64,000 bases of DNA, taken from NCBI GenBank assembly GCA_965203465.1, contig CBDBCR010000003.1, positions 192,001 through 256,000 on the forward strand. Direction: 5' to 3'. This document shows, piece by piece, positions 29,901 to 39,952 of the stretch. Under the pieces are notes generated by a model. That model made no database searches, had not been told where the DNA came from, and saw nothing but the letters and a program-made list of their open reading frames with translations. This DNA comes from Nitrosopumilaceae archaeon. GTDB lineage: Archaea > Thermoproteota > Nitrososphaeria > Nitrososphaerales > Nitrosopumilaceae. Within the stretch, counting starts at the first letter, position 1. The number at the start of each line of letters is the position of its first letter. A program made the position numbers and the translations under genes.

Positions 29901-31076
29901 TCGTCGTCGCCGTAGGCCCCGACCGCCAAGTCTTCGGTCCCGTCCCCGTCCAGATCCAGGGCGGCAAGCGACGTGCCGAAATTGTCGTCTGCCGCAAGCG
30001 ACGGGCCGTTGGGGGTCGAGGCGTTGATCTCTACAGTCCTCTTCACTGTGCCGTCCTGGTTCATGTACAGCACGTGGACCGCGCCGGTGCCGGTGCCGCC
30101 CTCGTCGTCGTCGTCCGCCCCGACCGCCAGATCTTTTGTTCCGTCGCCGTCCAGATCCAAGGCCGCCAGCGACCAGCCGAAACGGTCGCCATGTAAGAGC
30201 GAAGGCCCGTTCGGGGTCGAGGCGTTGATCTCTACAGTCCTCTTTACTGTGCCGTCCGAATTGAGGTACAGCAGGTGGACCGCGCCGGCGTTCTCGGCGC
30301 CCGCGTCGTCGTTCTGCGCCCCGACGGCCAGTTCCGTCACCCCGTCGCCGTCCAGGTCCCCGAGCGCGGCAAGCGACCTGCCGAAATTGTCGTTTGTCGC
30401 AAACGACGGGCCGTTGGGGGTCGAGGCGTTGATCTCGGCTGCCCGCTTTACCGTGCCGTCCGGATTGAGGAACAGCACGTGTACCGCGCCGGCGGCCGAC
30501 CCGCTCACGTCGTCACCGATGGCGCCCACCGCCATGTCCGGCGCGCCGTCGCCGTCCAGGTCCCCGAGCGCGGCGGCAGACGAGCCGAACTCGTCGTTGG
30601 CCGCTATCACCGGCATGCCCCCGAAAGCGTTGATCTCCGAGGCACGGAGCGGGTACGCGTAGTTGCGCGCCAGCGCCTCGCTCCCCCCGAATTGGAGCAG
30701 CAGCGCGTGGGGGCCCGGCGTGTTGACGCGCACGGCAAGCTCGGACACGCCTCCGCCCCCGTACCCCGCAAAGACGAGCCTGTCACCGTCGCGCGCGGGG
30801 GCCGCGTCCCGCCCGCCCGCGTCGCGCAGCCACGCGAACGAGACGTCGCCCGTCTCCCCCACGACGGTGCCCTCGGCGCCCGACACGGCTAGGTCGTGCG
30901 CGCCCCGCACCTCGAACCGCACTGTCCACAGGCCGCCCACCTCGGGGTACGACTGCTGGTTGAGCACAGTTATGCCGTCCGCGTAGGCTGCCGGTGCCGC
31001 GCACGCGAAAAGCGCGGCAAAGACGGCGAGCCTAAAAGACAGCCCCCCCCCCCCCGCGATGCCGGGCGCGAGTCAT
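26957..31076 (-). CDS. FG-GAP (integrin-alpha-like beta-propeller) repeat surface protein, N-terminal part; signal peptide out of frame at G13 tract
   Basis: 18 repeats of FG.SL..(G)DLD.DG..DLA.GA. ATG31076 gives MTRARHRGGGG-LSFRLAVFAALFACAAPAAYA^DG only if the tract is G12. Confidence 0.85.
31043..31055 (-). repeat. G13 homopolymer within signal-peptide coding region
   Basis: Plus strand AG-C13-GCGAT. Confidence 0.9.
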
Positions 31077-31295
31077 GGCCGGCATCGTCGAAAGTCGCGG
31101 GCAGAGATCCAGCACTGCGCTCTGGCGTCATTCTCGTCGGCGTGCGAAATCCCGGGCTTCCTTTTATAGACATATCCGGGGCCGGCGCGCCCCTAACGCG
31201 GATCCCGGCCGGGCGCGATCGGTCAGTCCCCGACGGAGCGGCCTTGGATCCGCATTTTTCAAAACCGACTTATTGGACTGCCCCCGCGCCGCCCC

Positions 31296-32075
31296 GTGTA
31301 CTTGGACTGGAACGGCGCCATGGCCGACCTTGCGAGGGCGCGCGACGCGGGGCTCTTCGCCCTCATCATAGGCCCAAAGGGGACCGGCAAGACCACGCTG
31401 GTGCGCGACTTTGCGGAGCGGTCCGGCGCCGCCCTCCAGACGGTCAATTTCAGCCTCAGGACGCGCGAGAGCCACCTCGTCGGCGCAAAGACCCTCGAGG
31501 GCGGCTCGGTCGGGTTCGACGACGGGGTGCTGGTGCGCTCCATGAAGGGCGGCGGGATGCTGTACCTCGACGAGATCAACGCGGCCGAGGCGGACGTGCT
31601 GGTCCGGCTCGACGAGGCCCTCGACGACAGGCGCCAGATAGTGCTGAAAGAATCGTCGGGCGAGACGGTGCGCGCGGCGGACGGGTGGTTCGTCGTCGGC
31701 ACCATAAACCCGCTCACGCACGCGGGCACCAAAGAGCTGCCGCCCCAGGTGCTCAGCCGCTTTCCCGTCCGCATAAGGCTAGAGTACCCCCCGCCAGACG
31801 TCGAGGCGCAGATAGTAGAGAGGCACGCCCCCGGCGCCGACCCCGAGCAGGCCTCGCGCGGCATCGCCCTGGCCGGCACCCTCAGGGAGGCCGCCGGCGT
31901 CGAGGAGCTGGAATACTCGCCCAGCCTCAGGGAGACCATATCCTTCGCAAAGCTTGTCTCGGGCGGCCTGCCCGAAAAGGAGGCGGCCATGCTGGTCTTC
32001 GGCAACGTGTACTCCCAGTGGGGCGAGTCAGAGTACCGCAAAGTCTCGGACGTCATATCGTCGATGTTCCCATGA
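31296..32075 (+). CDS. MoxR/CbbQ-NirQ-NorQ family AAA+ ATPase
   Basis: GPKGTGKT, LYLDEIN, GTINP...GTKELP..VLSRF, SPSLRE. Confidence 0.9.
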   Translation: MYLDWNGAMADLARARDAGLFALIIGPKGTGKTTLVRDFAERSGAALQTVNFSLRTRESHLVGAKTLEGGSVGFDDGVLVRSMKGGGMLYLDEINAAEADVLVRLDEALDDRRQIVLKESSGETVRAADGWFVVGTINPLTHAGTKELPPQVLSRFPVRIRLEYPPPDVEAQIVERHAPGADPEQASRGIALAGTLREAAGVEELEYSPSLRETISFAKLVSGGLPEKEAAMLVFGNVYSQWGESEYRKVSDVISSMFP

Positions 32076-33547
32076 TAGAATACGCTTTCCTCGCGGGGCG
32101 CTGGTCGGGCAGGCGCGTGGCCGTGTCGGTGGGCGGCAACGGGCCGCCCGCGTCGCGGGCCGGCGCCGTCGCGCTGCCCTCCGAGGAATCGTACCCCGGC
32201 GCGGAACCGGACAGGCGCAGGCAGGCGCGCGCGGCCCTGTGGCAGGAGGCTGTCAGGCAGCGCCACTGCGCCGAGTTCCAGGGGGGCGAGCACGCCTTCG
32301 GGTTCATACTCAACGCCATGGAGGCCAGCAGGTGCGAGGCGCTCGGCCTGCGCGAGTGGCGCGGCATGGCGGGCGAGGCCGCGTTCGCGCGCGCCTGGGA
32401 AGGGGCGCGCAGGCCCGGCGTGGAATCGTTCTACGGGCGCGCAAGGATGGTCGAGGCGTTCTACCAGGCGTTCCGGTTCGGCCGCGTCCGCGGGCGCATG
32501 CAGCCGAGCCACCTCGAGAGGGCGCACGAAGCGGCGCGCCTGGCGCGCGAGGCCATAGACGAATCCCTGCAAGCGGGCCTTGGCACGCCGCACGTAAAGT
32601 CGCGCGTGCCCACGATCATAAAGGCGCTGGGCATAGACCCGCTGCTGAGCGTGCCGGCCGTGCCGCTGATCCCCAAAAGTGGCATGGCCCTCGACGAGCG
32701 CGATCTGCGGCGCGAGCTTGAAAGGGACGGCCTCGAGAGCCCCGACAGGGCCGGCGAGATCATGCGCGCGGGGGGCGCCGGCGAGGCGGCCGAGCCGGCG
32801 GGCGGCGACGGGGAGGTCTCGGAAGGGGTAGAGGTGCCCGGCCCCGGCGGCGACGGCGAGCTGATACGCGACGCCGACCTGGTGGCCAGGCTCAAATCGA
32901 GGTTCAGGCGCCTGCGCTTCGGCTGGCGCGAGGCGCAGGGGGCCTCGGGCGACGAGTTCGACGGCGACGGGTACATCGACGGGTCGGGCCCGTTCCTGTC
33001 CGATTCCAGGGCGGCCGTAAAGTCCAACGTGATGGTGCTGCTTGACCACTCGTCGAGCATCGCGGACTGGCAGTCAGAGTACAAAAAGGCCACGCTGGCG
33101 CTGTGCGAGCTGCTCGCGTACGTGCGCGCGCGCTTTTCGGCCTACGCGTTCGGCGCGCGCGGCAGGGAGACGGTCTGCTGGCTCGTAAAGCCGGGCGGGG
33201 CGCGGTGGGGGCGCCTGCACGCGGACAGGCTGGCGCGCGTCTCGGCTTCCGGCTCCACGCCGCTCGCCGAGGTTTACGGCAGGATGATGCCGGCCCTGCA
33301 GTCGGCGAGGCCCGACGTGCTGATCACGCTGACGGACGGCGAGCCGTCCGACGCGGCGGCCGCTCGCTCGGCCATCAGGGCCATAAGGAGGCTGGGCGTG
33401 AGGGCCTCGGCCGTCGGCCTCGGGCCCGACACGGTCAGGGCCACGGCCATCGCGCTCAACCTGGGCGGGCTCGGCTACGAGAGGGCCGTCGCGGTCAGCC
33501 GCCTGCAGGAGCTGCCCGGCAGGGTCATGTCGCTCTTGGACAGGTGA
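32072..33547 (+). CDS. von Willebrand factor A domain protein (CbbO/NorD-like partner)
   Basis: MIDAS LLDHSSS, GSTPL, LTDGEP. ATGA-coupled to the AAA gene. Confidence 0.85.
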   Translation: MIEYAFLAGRWSGRRVAVSVGGNGPPASRAGAVALPSEESYPGAEPDRRRQARAALWQEAVRQRHCAEFQGGEHAFGFILNAMEASRCEALGLREWRGMAGEAAFARAWEGARRPGVESFYGRARMVEAFYQAFRFGRVRGRMQPSHLERAHEAARLAREAIDESLQAGLGTPHVKSRVPTIIKALGIDPLLSVPAVPLIPKSGMALDERDLRRELERDGLESPDRAGEIMRAGGAGEAAEPAGGDGEVSEGVEVPGPGGDGELIRDADLVARLKSRFRRLRFGWREAQGASGDEFDGDGYIDGSGPFLSDSRAAVKSNVMVLLDHSSSIADWQSEYKKATLALCELLAYVRARFSAYAFGARGRETVCWLVKPGGARWGRLHADRLARVSASGSTPLAEVYGRMMPALQSARPDVLITLTDGEPSDAAAARSAIRAIRRLGVRASAVGLGPDTVRATAIALNLGGLGYERAVAVSRLQELPGRVMSLLDR

Positions 33548-33719
33548 GCGGGCCGCCGGTCGGGCCGCGCCCGCCGCCGGGCGCATGTCTTCCGATCGGC
33601 CAAGCCCCCGCATTCTAGACGCATGTGCGTGCGAGGCCAAGCCGAGCCTGCTTTGGCAGACACCCGTACAGCCGGGTGATCGTGTGGTTAATAAGGGAGT
33701 TGCTGGCCTCCCGAGGACA

Positions 33720-34085
33720 TGGCTACGGAATCAAGCGTTGAAGACATCGTCTTTGACGACGGAGAGAGAATCGAAATCGCCTGTTCGTATCCCGACGCCG
33801 AAACTGCCATAAAGGCGCTCCATGGATTTGTAGGAGAGGGGAATGAATAGGAAATTCATTTCTTTTTCTTTGGACTTCAAAAAGCAGTACACAAACAGAG
33901 ACAAGAGAGTTCGTAATGAAATTGACGACATTGTTAGGGGCTTGACAGAAATCGTAAGACATGTCATAAAAAAGGAGCTCCCGTTCAAAAAGATGAAGAT
34001 CACGCTACGCATAAAGTCATCCAAGGAAGTGCTGAGCGTGATAGTTATGCCAGTCCCCAGAATCATAATACGGCGCATCGAATAG
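33720..34085 (+). pseudogene. AT-rich hypothetical gene, probably frameshifted near 33840
   Basis: MATESSVEDIVFDDGERIEIACSYPDAETAIKALHGFVGEGNE* overlaps MNRKFISFSLDF... in another frame. Confidence 0.35.
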
Positions 34086-34517
34086 GATGCCCGGCGTCGG
34101 GGACGCAAATTTGAGGATGTGCGCAGGCCAAACGCGCAGTCGCGTGCGTCCATGTCGTTGATGTTCGTTTACGCGCGTTTTGTGTACGTTCTGTCGGTCG
34201 TGAAAGATTTAACCCGCGCCCGTCTTGGCAACGTGCAGGGCAAAATCTTCACCCCTCTCCAACAGGTCCGGGCTTGTTTACACTCGGCAAGCACAAGGTG
34301 CGATTGAACAGGGTTGCAACCCGCACGGATTTTCCGAAACCGGATGCAGGTTCCTAGCAGTTGGAGTGACCCGGCGGCACCGGCGGGCTAGGCCGCACGC
34401 ATGACGAATGCGCCGTTTTTTGCCACGTCAAGGCCCGCCGTCATGGATCGCCCGCCGGCCGGACTTTGGTTAACCGCCTCAAGAAACAGTTAAGAGGGCG
34501 CCCCCGGAGGTGGTCGC

Positions 34518-34796
34518 ATGGCAGGCGCGTGCACAAAGTGCAAGTCCCCGATACCGGACGGCGAGCAGCTGGAGCCGGCGGCCGCAAAGTACCCGTGCTG
34601 CCCCAAGTGCTGGGCCGAATGGAAGGAGTACCGAATCATGGTGATGAACGAGATGCACCTGGACATGTCGATGGCAGACCACCGCAAGGTCCTCAAAAAG
34701 CACGAAAAGGTCTTCGCCGGCGTGCTGACCCCCGAGGGCGACGTGGTGGATTTTGCCGACGAGGAGAACCGCAACCCCGAATCTACGCCCAAATGA
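34518..34796 (+). CDS. Fe(II)-trafficking/oxidative damage protection protein (YggX-like) with N-terminal Cys cluster
   Basis: CWAEWKEYRIMVMNEMHLDMSMADHRKVL. Confidence 0.75.
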   Translation: MAGACTKCKSPIPDGEQLEPAAAKYPCCPKCWAEWKEYRIMVMNEMHLDMSMADHRKVLKKHEKVFAGVLTPEGDVVDFADEENRNPESTPK

Positions 34797-35235
34797 CGGC
34801 GCGCGCGCTCTCGGGCACCAGAGCCATGACCGTCCTGCGCTCGCCCTCGTCCAGCCCGCCGGCCGCCTCGCGGATGGAGGCGCATATGCGGCCACGCTTT
34901 TGCGCGTCCAGCGACAGGAGCGATCCCAAAAGCCCGTCGGCGTGGAACTCGGCCACGCGGGCCGGCTCCCTCGCCGCCTGCCTCAGGTACCTGGAGAATA
35001 TCTCCAGACGCTCCGGTCCGGTAAAGTCCGAGAGCACCTCGAGCCACGTGACGAGCAACTTTTCGAGCGTGTGGAACGGCATCGCGGGCCCGGCAAGCAG
35101 GGCGTTTCGCACCAGCTCGTCCCTTTCGGGGACGGGCAGGGTGTAAAACTCGCGCATCCTCCTGTACAGTATCGGCTTTCTCAGAAAGTCGGGCAGGCTC
35201 GCAAGGCTCGATATGATGCTGCCGGCGTGATCCAC
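34783..35235 (-). CDS. Conserved hypothetical protein
   Basis: LASLPDFLRKPILYRRMREF..., helical, host-like codon usage. Confidence 0.65.
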   Translation of the reverse strand: MDHAGSIISSLASLPDFLRKPILYRRMREFYTLPVPERDELVRNALLAGPAMPFHTLEKLLVTWLEVLSDFTGPERLEIFSRYLRQAAREPARVAEFHADGLLGSLLSLDAQKRGRICASIREAAGGLDEGERRTVMALVPESARAVIWA

Positions 35236-35573
35236 GCCGGCCGGGAAACCGGGCCATTAAAGTGCCTACCGTCCTGGATCCGGCGGCCGTCGAAAAGTTC
35301 ACCCCGCGTAGCAGGCGGGGCGGAATCTAGATCGGCCGCGGCAGGCGGTTCCCGCGTCAGGCCGGCGCCGCTGCCCGACGACCCGCCGCCGCGGCAGTCC
35401 CGGAAAGGCGCGCCTGCGGGTACGCGCAACGGCCAACGCGCCAGAGCCGCACGCGGGAAAAGACATCGCTTGGCAGACCGGAGCCGCGCGGCCGGCAGGC
35501 GAGACGGCACTGCCCGCCCCGGAGCCCGCCCGGGCACCGCATACACAAATACCCCCGCCGCGCCCATGCCCCC

Positions 35574-36581
35574 GTGATAATAAGCCGCACGCCGCTGCGC
35601 GTCAGCTTCCTGGGAGGGGGCACCGACTATCCGGAGTGCATATCCGAGCACGGCCCCGGCGCGGTGCTGGGCACCTCGATAGACAAGTACCTGTACTGCT
35701 CGGCGTCGAGGTTCTACAGCGGCCTGTTCGACTATTCCATACACCTCTCGTACAGGACCGTCGAGCGGGTAAGATCCCTAGATCAGATACGGCACGCGCC
35801 CATGCGGCGCTGCCTGGAATACGTGGGCATACAAAACGACGTCGAGGTCGGGCACACGGCCGAGCTGCCCGCCTACTCGGGCCTCGGCTCGTCTTCGGCC
35901 TTTGTGGTGGGCCTGCTCAACGCGCTGTACTGCCTAAAAGGGCAGAGGATCGAACCGCTCGAGCTCGCCCGCCGCGCCATACACGTCGAGCGCGAACTTC
36001 TCGGCGACAACGTGGGCCTGCAGGACCAGACGCTGACCTCGGTCGGCGGGCTGAACTTGGCCGAGTTTGGCGGGCCGAATGACATACGCGTGCGCCCCCT
36101 GCGGCTGGAACCGGGCAGGTCGGCCGGCCTCAACGCGCACCTCGCCATGTACTTTACGGGCATACAGAGGCGCGCCTCGGACGTGATAGCGGGCCAGGTG
36201 AGCAGGGCGCGGCAGAACGCGGGCAGACTGGGGCGCATGCGCGACATGGCGCGCCGCGGGGCCGATCTCTTGGAGTCGGGCGAGGGCCACGGCGGGCTCG
36301 ACGAGTTCGGCGCCCTGGTCGGCGAGGGGTGGCGGCTCAAGCGCGGGCTGGGCGCGTCGGTCTCGTCCGACGCCATAGACAGCATGTACGAGAGGGGCAT
36401 GTCGGCGGGCGCCTACGGGGGCAAGCTGCTCGGCGCCGGGGGCGGCGGCTTTCTGCTCTTTTTCGTGGCCCCCAGCAGGCGGGCCGAACTGGACGCCGCG
36501 ATGAAGGATCTGACGCAGGTGCCCGTAAGGACGAGCGCGCGGGGCAGCTCCGTAATAGAGGGGTTTTCGGACAGGACGTAA
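35574..36581 (+). CDS. GHMP sugar kinase (HddA-like heptose-7-phosphate kinase family)
   Basis: SRTPLRVSFLGGGTDYP, SGLGSSS, GLQDQ, GGKLLGAGGGGF. Confidence 0.85.
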   Translation: MIISRTPLRVSFLGGGTDYPECISEHGPGAVLGTSIDKYLYCSASRFYSGLFDYSIHLSYRTVERVRSLDQIRHAPMRRCLEYVGIQNDVEVGHTAELPAYSGLGSSSAFVVGLLNALYCLKGQRIEPLELARRAIHVERELLGDNVGLQDQTLTSVGGLNLAEFGGPNDIRVRPLRLEPGRSAGLNAHLAMYFTGIQRRASDVIAGQVSRARQNAGRLGRMRDMARRGADLLESGEGHGGLDEFGALVGEGWRLKRGLGASVSSDAIDSMYERGMSAGAYGGKLLGAGGGGFLLFFVAPSRRAELDAAMKDLTQVPVRTSARGSSVIEGFSDRT

Positions 36582-36734
36582 GCTTTCGGGCCGCCACGAT
36601 CTGCGGGGCCGGTCGGCCGCTGCCCGCACTTGCCTGCGCGCTCACGCTTTGAGCGCGGCGGCCGCGTTCGCCCGTCCCGCGCCGTCTCGGCCGCCGGCAT
36701 AAGTTTTTGAAAGGCGGCATCTGCGAATTCGCAG

Positions 36735-37448
36735 ATGGGGGGAGAGCCGAAGGCCGGCAGCGTGTACGGGCACGAATGCGCCCTGGCCTCGCGCAGAATG
36801 CCGCGCAGTCTAAAGCCCTACATGAACAGGAAGAACCGCATGGACGGCCTCGCCCTGTCCGGCATGGTGCCCGAGTCCTCCGTGCAGGCCGTGTTTTTCG
36901 ATCCCCAGTACAGGGGCGTGCTGGACAAGATGTGCTACGGCAACGAGGGCAAGAGCCGCGGAATCCAGAGGTGCGTCATGAAGCAGATGGCCGAGGGCGT
37001 GATACTGGAATTCCTGCGCGGCATAGACCGCGTGCTGGTTCCGAGCGGCACGCTGTTTCTGTGGGTGGACAAGTTCCACCTAGTCGAGGGCGTCTCCGGC
37101 TGGACGGAAGGCACTAGCCTGAACGCAGTGGACATGATCACTTGGAACAAGGACAGGATTGGGATGGGTTACAGGACGAGGCGGTGCTCCGAGCACCTGG
37201 TCGTGTTGCAAAAGGCCCCGAAACGGGCCAAGAACGTGTGGCGCGATCACGGGATACCCGATGTGTGGTCTGAAAAGATATCCGGCAAAAACCACACACA
37301 TGCCAAGCCGGTAGAGCTGCAGGCCAGGCTGATCGGGTGCGTGACCACGCCCAACGGCGTCGTGATGGATCCGGCGGCGGGCGGATACAGCGTGCTCGAG
37401 GCGTGCAAGAGTGCAGGCCGCGACTTTATCGGCTGCGACCTGCGCTGA
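36735..37448 (+). CDS. Orphan DNA N6-adenine/N4-cytosine methyltransferase (beta class)
   Basis: FFDPQY catalytic motif, [17 protein letters not shown] motif near C-terminus. Confidence 0.85.
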   Translation: MGGEPKAGSVYGHECALASRRMPRSLKPYMNRKNRMDGLALSGMVPESSVQAVFFDPQYRGVLDKMCYGNEGKSRGIQRCVMKQMAEGVILEFLRGIDRVLVPSGTLFLWVDKFHLVEGVSGWTEGTSLNAVDMITWNKDRIGMGYRTRRCSEHLVVLQKAPKRAKNVWRDHGIPDVWSEKISGKNHTHAKPVELQARLIGCVTTPNGVVMDPAAGGYSVLEACKSAGRDFIGCDLR

Positions 37449-37759
37449 CGCGATCCGGACGCCGAGCCGGGCGGCAGCTCTGCCCGACAGCGGCTCGCAC
37501 TTTTCTCCCGGATCCGCGCTCCGACGATCGGGGCCGGAACCGGACTTGAAAAGCGCGCGGCGGCGAGCAGAATAGTGAGCGCGGGCGCGCCCGGCTACAT
37601 GTGCGAGCCGGGCGGTTTCGCGGGCCTCGCAGGCCGCACGAGGGCAAGTCCGCGGCCGTCACGTGCGCCTCCCGGCGCCCTCCGGCGGCAGGCCCGCACT
37701 TGCGCGCACTGCTAGGCGCCCGTACAAAACTAAAATTGCGGGCGCCCGGCCCCCTCCCC

Positions 37760-38776
37760 GTGGCGTGCACGGTGGTCGTGGGCGGGTTCTTCGGAGACGA
37801 GGGCAAGGGCAAGATAATATCGTACCTCGCCTCGCGCGACCGCCCGTCCATAGTGGTGCGCGGCGGCGCCGGGCCCAACGCGGGCCACACCATACGCGAC
37901 GGCGGCCGCACCTACAAGGTGCGCATGCTGCCCAGCGGGTTCCTGCAGAGGGGCGCGCGCGTCATGATAGGGCCCGGCGTGGTGGTGGACCCGGTGGTGC
38001 TGCTCTCCGAGATAAAGGAGTTCGGCGCGGGCGGCCGAATCCTGATAGACCGCCGCTGCGGCGTCATAGAGCGCAAGCACGTGGAGGCCGACTCCGCCGG
38101 AAGGCTCAAGGAGGGCATAGGCAGCACGGGCTCTGGCACGGGGCCCGCCAACGCCGACAGGGCCATGCGGGTACTGCGCCTGGCCGGCGAGGCGGACGCC
38201 GTATCGGAGTACATAGGCGACGTGCCCGCCGAGGTCAACCGCGCGCTGGACAAAAAAAAGGACGTACTGGTCGAGGGCACGCAGGGCACGTTCCTGTCGC
38301 TGTGGCACGGCACGTACCCCTACGTCACCTCCAAGGACGTGACCGCCTCGGGCGTATGCGCCGACGTGGGGATCGGGCCCACCCGCGTCGACGATGTAAT
38401 GGTGGTCTTCAAGGCGTACGTCACGCGCGTGGGCACCGGGCCGCTTGGCGGCGAGATGGCGCCGGCAGACGCAGAGGCGCGCGGATGGGCAGAGTTCGGC
38501 ACCGTGACGGGCAGGCCGCGCAGATCCGCAGAGTTCGACATGGGCCTCGCGCGCAGGGCCGTCATGCTCAACGGGGCCACCCAGGTAGCCATAACGAAGA
38601 TGGACGTCGTTTTTCCGGGGTGCGCCGGCGCCACCTCTTACGATCGGATCGGAGAAGGCGCGCGCGCGTTCGTGCAGAAGGCAGAGGCCGAGCTGGGCGT
38701 GCCCGTCGCGCTGCTCGGGACCGGCCCGTCCGTGTCGGACGTGGTAGACAGGCGCGCGCCCGCCCGCCCCGCGTAG
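37760..38776 (+). CDS. purA: Adenylosuccinate synthetase (short archaeal form)
   Basis: GDEGKGK, GPNAGHT, EGTQG, GTYPYVTS, EFGTVTGRPRR. Confidence 0.95.
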   Translation: MACTVVVGGFFGDEGKGKIISYLASRDRPSIVVRGGAGPNAGHTIRDGGRTYKVRMLPSGFLQRGARVMIGPGVVVDPVVLLSEIKEFGAGGRILIDRRCGVIERKHVEADSAGRLKEGIGSTGSGTGPANADRAMRVLRLAGEADAVSEYIGDVPAEVNRALDKKKDVLVEGTQGTFLSLWHGTYPYVTSKDVTASGVCADVGIGPTRVDDVMVVFKAYVTRVGTGPLGGEMAPADAEARGWAEFGTVTGRPRRSAEFDMGLARRAVMLNGATQVAITKMDVVFPGCAGATSYDRIGEGARAFVQKAEAELGVPVALLGTGPSVSDVVDRRAPARPA

Positions 38777-38825
38777 GCGGCGCGCCCGCCCAAGACTTAA
38801 TTTGCCGGCGCGCCGGCGAGGCCTC

Positions 38826-39530
38826 GTGGAAGGCTTTGCCCCCCGCATGAAGGCCGCCGCAGAGGCGGGCGGCCGCGTCATACTTGCTTGCGACGACGAG
38901 ATATTCGCCGGCTCCAAGGGCAAGAGGTTCCTCAAAAGGATGGAGGGGCGCGCGTGCGCCGTAAAGATAAACATGCACCTGCTGCTGCCGCTCGGCGCCG
39001 CCCGCATAAGCGGCATCGTCTCGGCGGCCGCCGGCATGGGGATGCTCTCCATCGCGGATCTAAAGCTCAACGACATCCCGGACACAAACTCGGCCGCGGC
39101 CGAGAGCCTCTGGAAGATGGGCTTCGACGCCCTCATAGCCAACCCCTCGATGGGCCCCGCGGCCCTCTCGGAGCTGGTCGCGGGCGCCCACGAAAAGGGG
39201 CGCGGCGTCGTGGCCCTGTGCCACATGAGCTCGCAGAGCGCGCGCAGGTTCTACGATATGCGCTCGGGTGCCCGCCGCGTCCACCAGACGTTCCTGGACT
39301 GGGCCTCGGAGGCGGGCGCCGACGGCGTGGTGGCCGGCGCCACGTTCCCTAGGATAATATCGGAATGCAAGGAAAGATCCCCCGGCATGGCCGTCTATTC
39401 ACCCGGCATCGGGGCGCAGGGCGGCGACGCGCGGCGCGCCGTAAAGGCCGGCGCCGACTACCTCATAGTGGGCCGCTCTCTGCTGCGCGCGCTGGATCCG
39501 CGCTCGGCCGCATCGGACCTCAACATGTAG
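38826..39530 (+). CDS. pyrF: Orotidine 5'-phosphate decarboxylase
   Basis: DLKLNDIPDT, SPGIGAQGG, LIVGRS. Confidence 0.9.
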   Translation: MEGFAPRMKAAAEAGGRVILACDDEIFAGSKGKRFLKRMEGRACAVKINMHLLLPLGAARISGIVSAAAGMGMLSIADLKLNDIPDTNSAAAESLWKMGFDALIANPSMGPAALSELVAGAHEKGRGVVALCHMSSQSARRFYDMRSGARRVHQTFLDWASEAGADGVVAGATFPRIISECKERSPGMAVYSPGIGAQGGDARRAVKAGADYLIVGRSLLRALDPRSAASDLNM

Positions 39531-39952
39531 CCGCGCGCCGAGTCGAGCAGCCTGCGCGCGTTCTCGAACGTGGCCTTTTTGCGCGCGGCCGGCATCGGCT
39601 CCCAGCAGTACGCGCGGTGCTCCTCGGAGAGCACGACGCGCGAGGTGCGCGTGCGCGCCAGGAAAAAGACGACGGACTTTTCGACCGGCCGGCCGCCCGG
39701 CGCGTAGAACCGGTACCGGACCGTCTTTTTGAAGCCCGGATCGAACTCCAGGTCCGTTATGCCCGTCTCCTCGCGCGCCTCGCGCACCGCCGCCTGCACG
39801 TCCGTCTCTTCCCCCTCGACGTGCCCCTTTACAAAGTCCCAGTGGCCCTGCGGGTAGTTTAGCAGCAAAAACAGCGGCCCCCCGGAACCCCGGCGGTACA
39901 CCAGCGCGCCGGCGGACCTGGCGCGCAGCGGCCCGCGCCCGTCCCTCCTCAC
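39458..39952 (-). CDS. NUDIX hydrolase (Ap4A hydrolase-like); start uncertain
   Basis: HWDFVKGHVEGEETDVQAAVREAREETG Nudix box, LSEEH. Confidence 0.8.
   Translation of the reverse strand: MRRDGRGPLRARSAGALVYRRGSGGPLFLLLNYPQGHWDFVKGHVEGEETDVQAAVREAREETGITDLEFDPGFKKTVRYRFYAPGGRPVEKSVVFFLARTRTSRVVLSEEHRAYCWEPMPAARKKATFENARRLLDSARGYMLRSDAAERGSSARSRERPTMR

Noticed and set aside
27096-30986. Long plus-strand ORFs over the FG-GAP gene (and similar antisense ORFs throughout)
   Set aside because: Shadow ORFs expected in GC-rich coding DNA; no motifs.
30896-33547. 883-aa ORF as AAA-VWA fusion
   Set aside because: The N-terminal part is an Arg/Pro-rich off-frame read-through of the AAA gene. VWA starts at ATG 32072.
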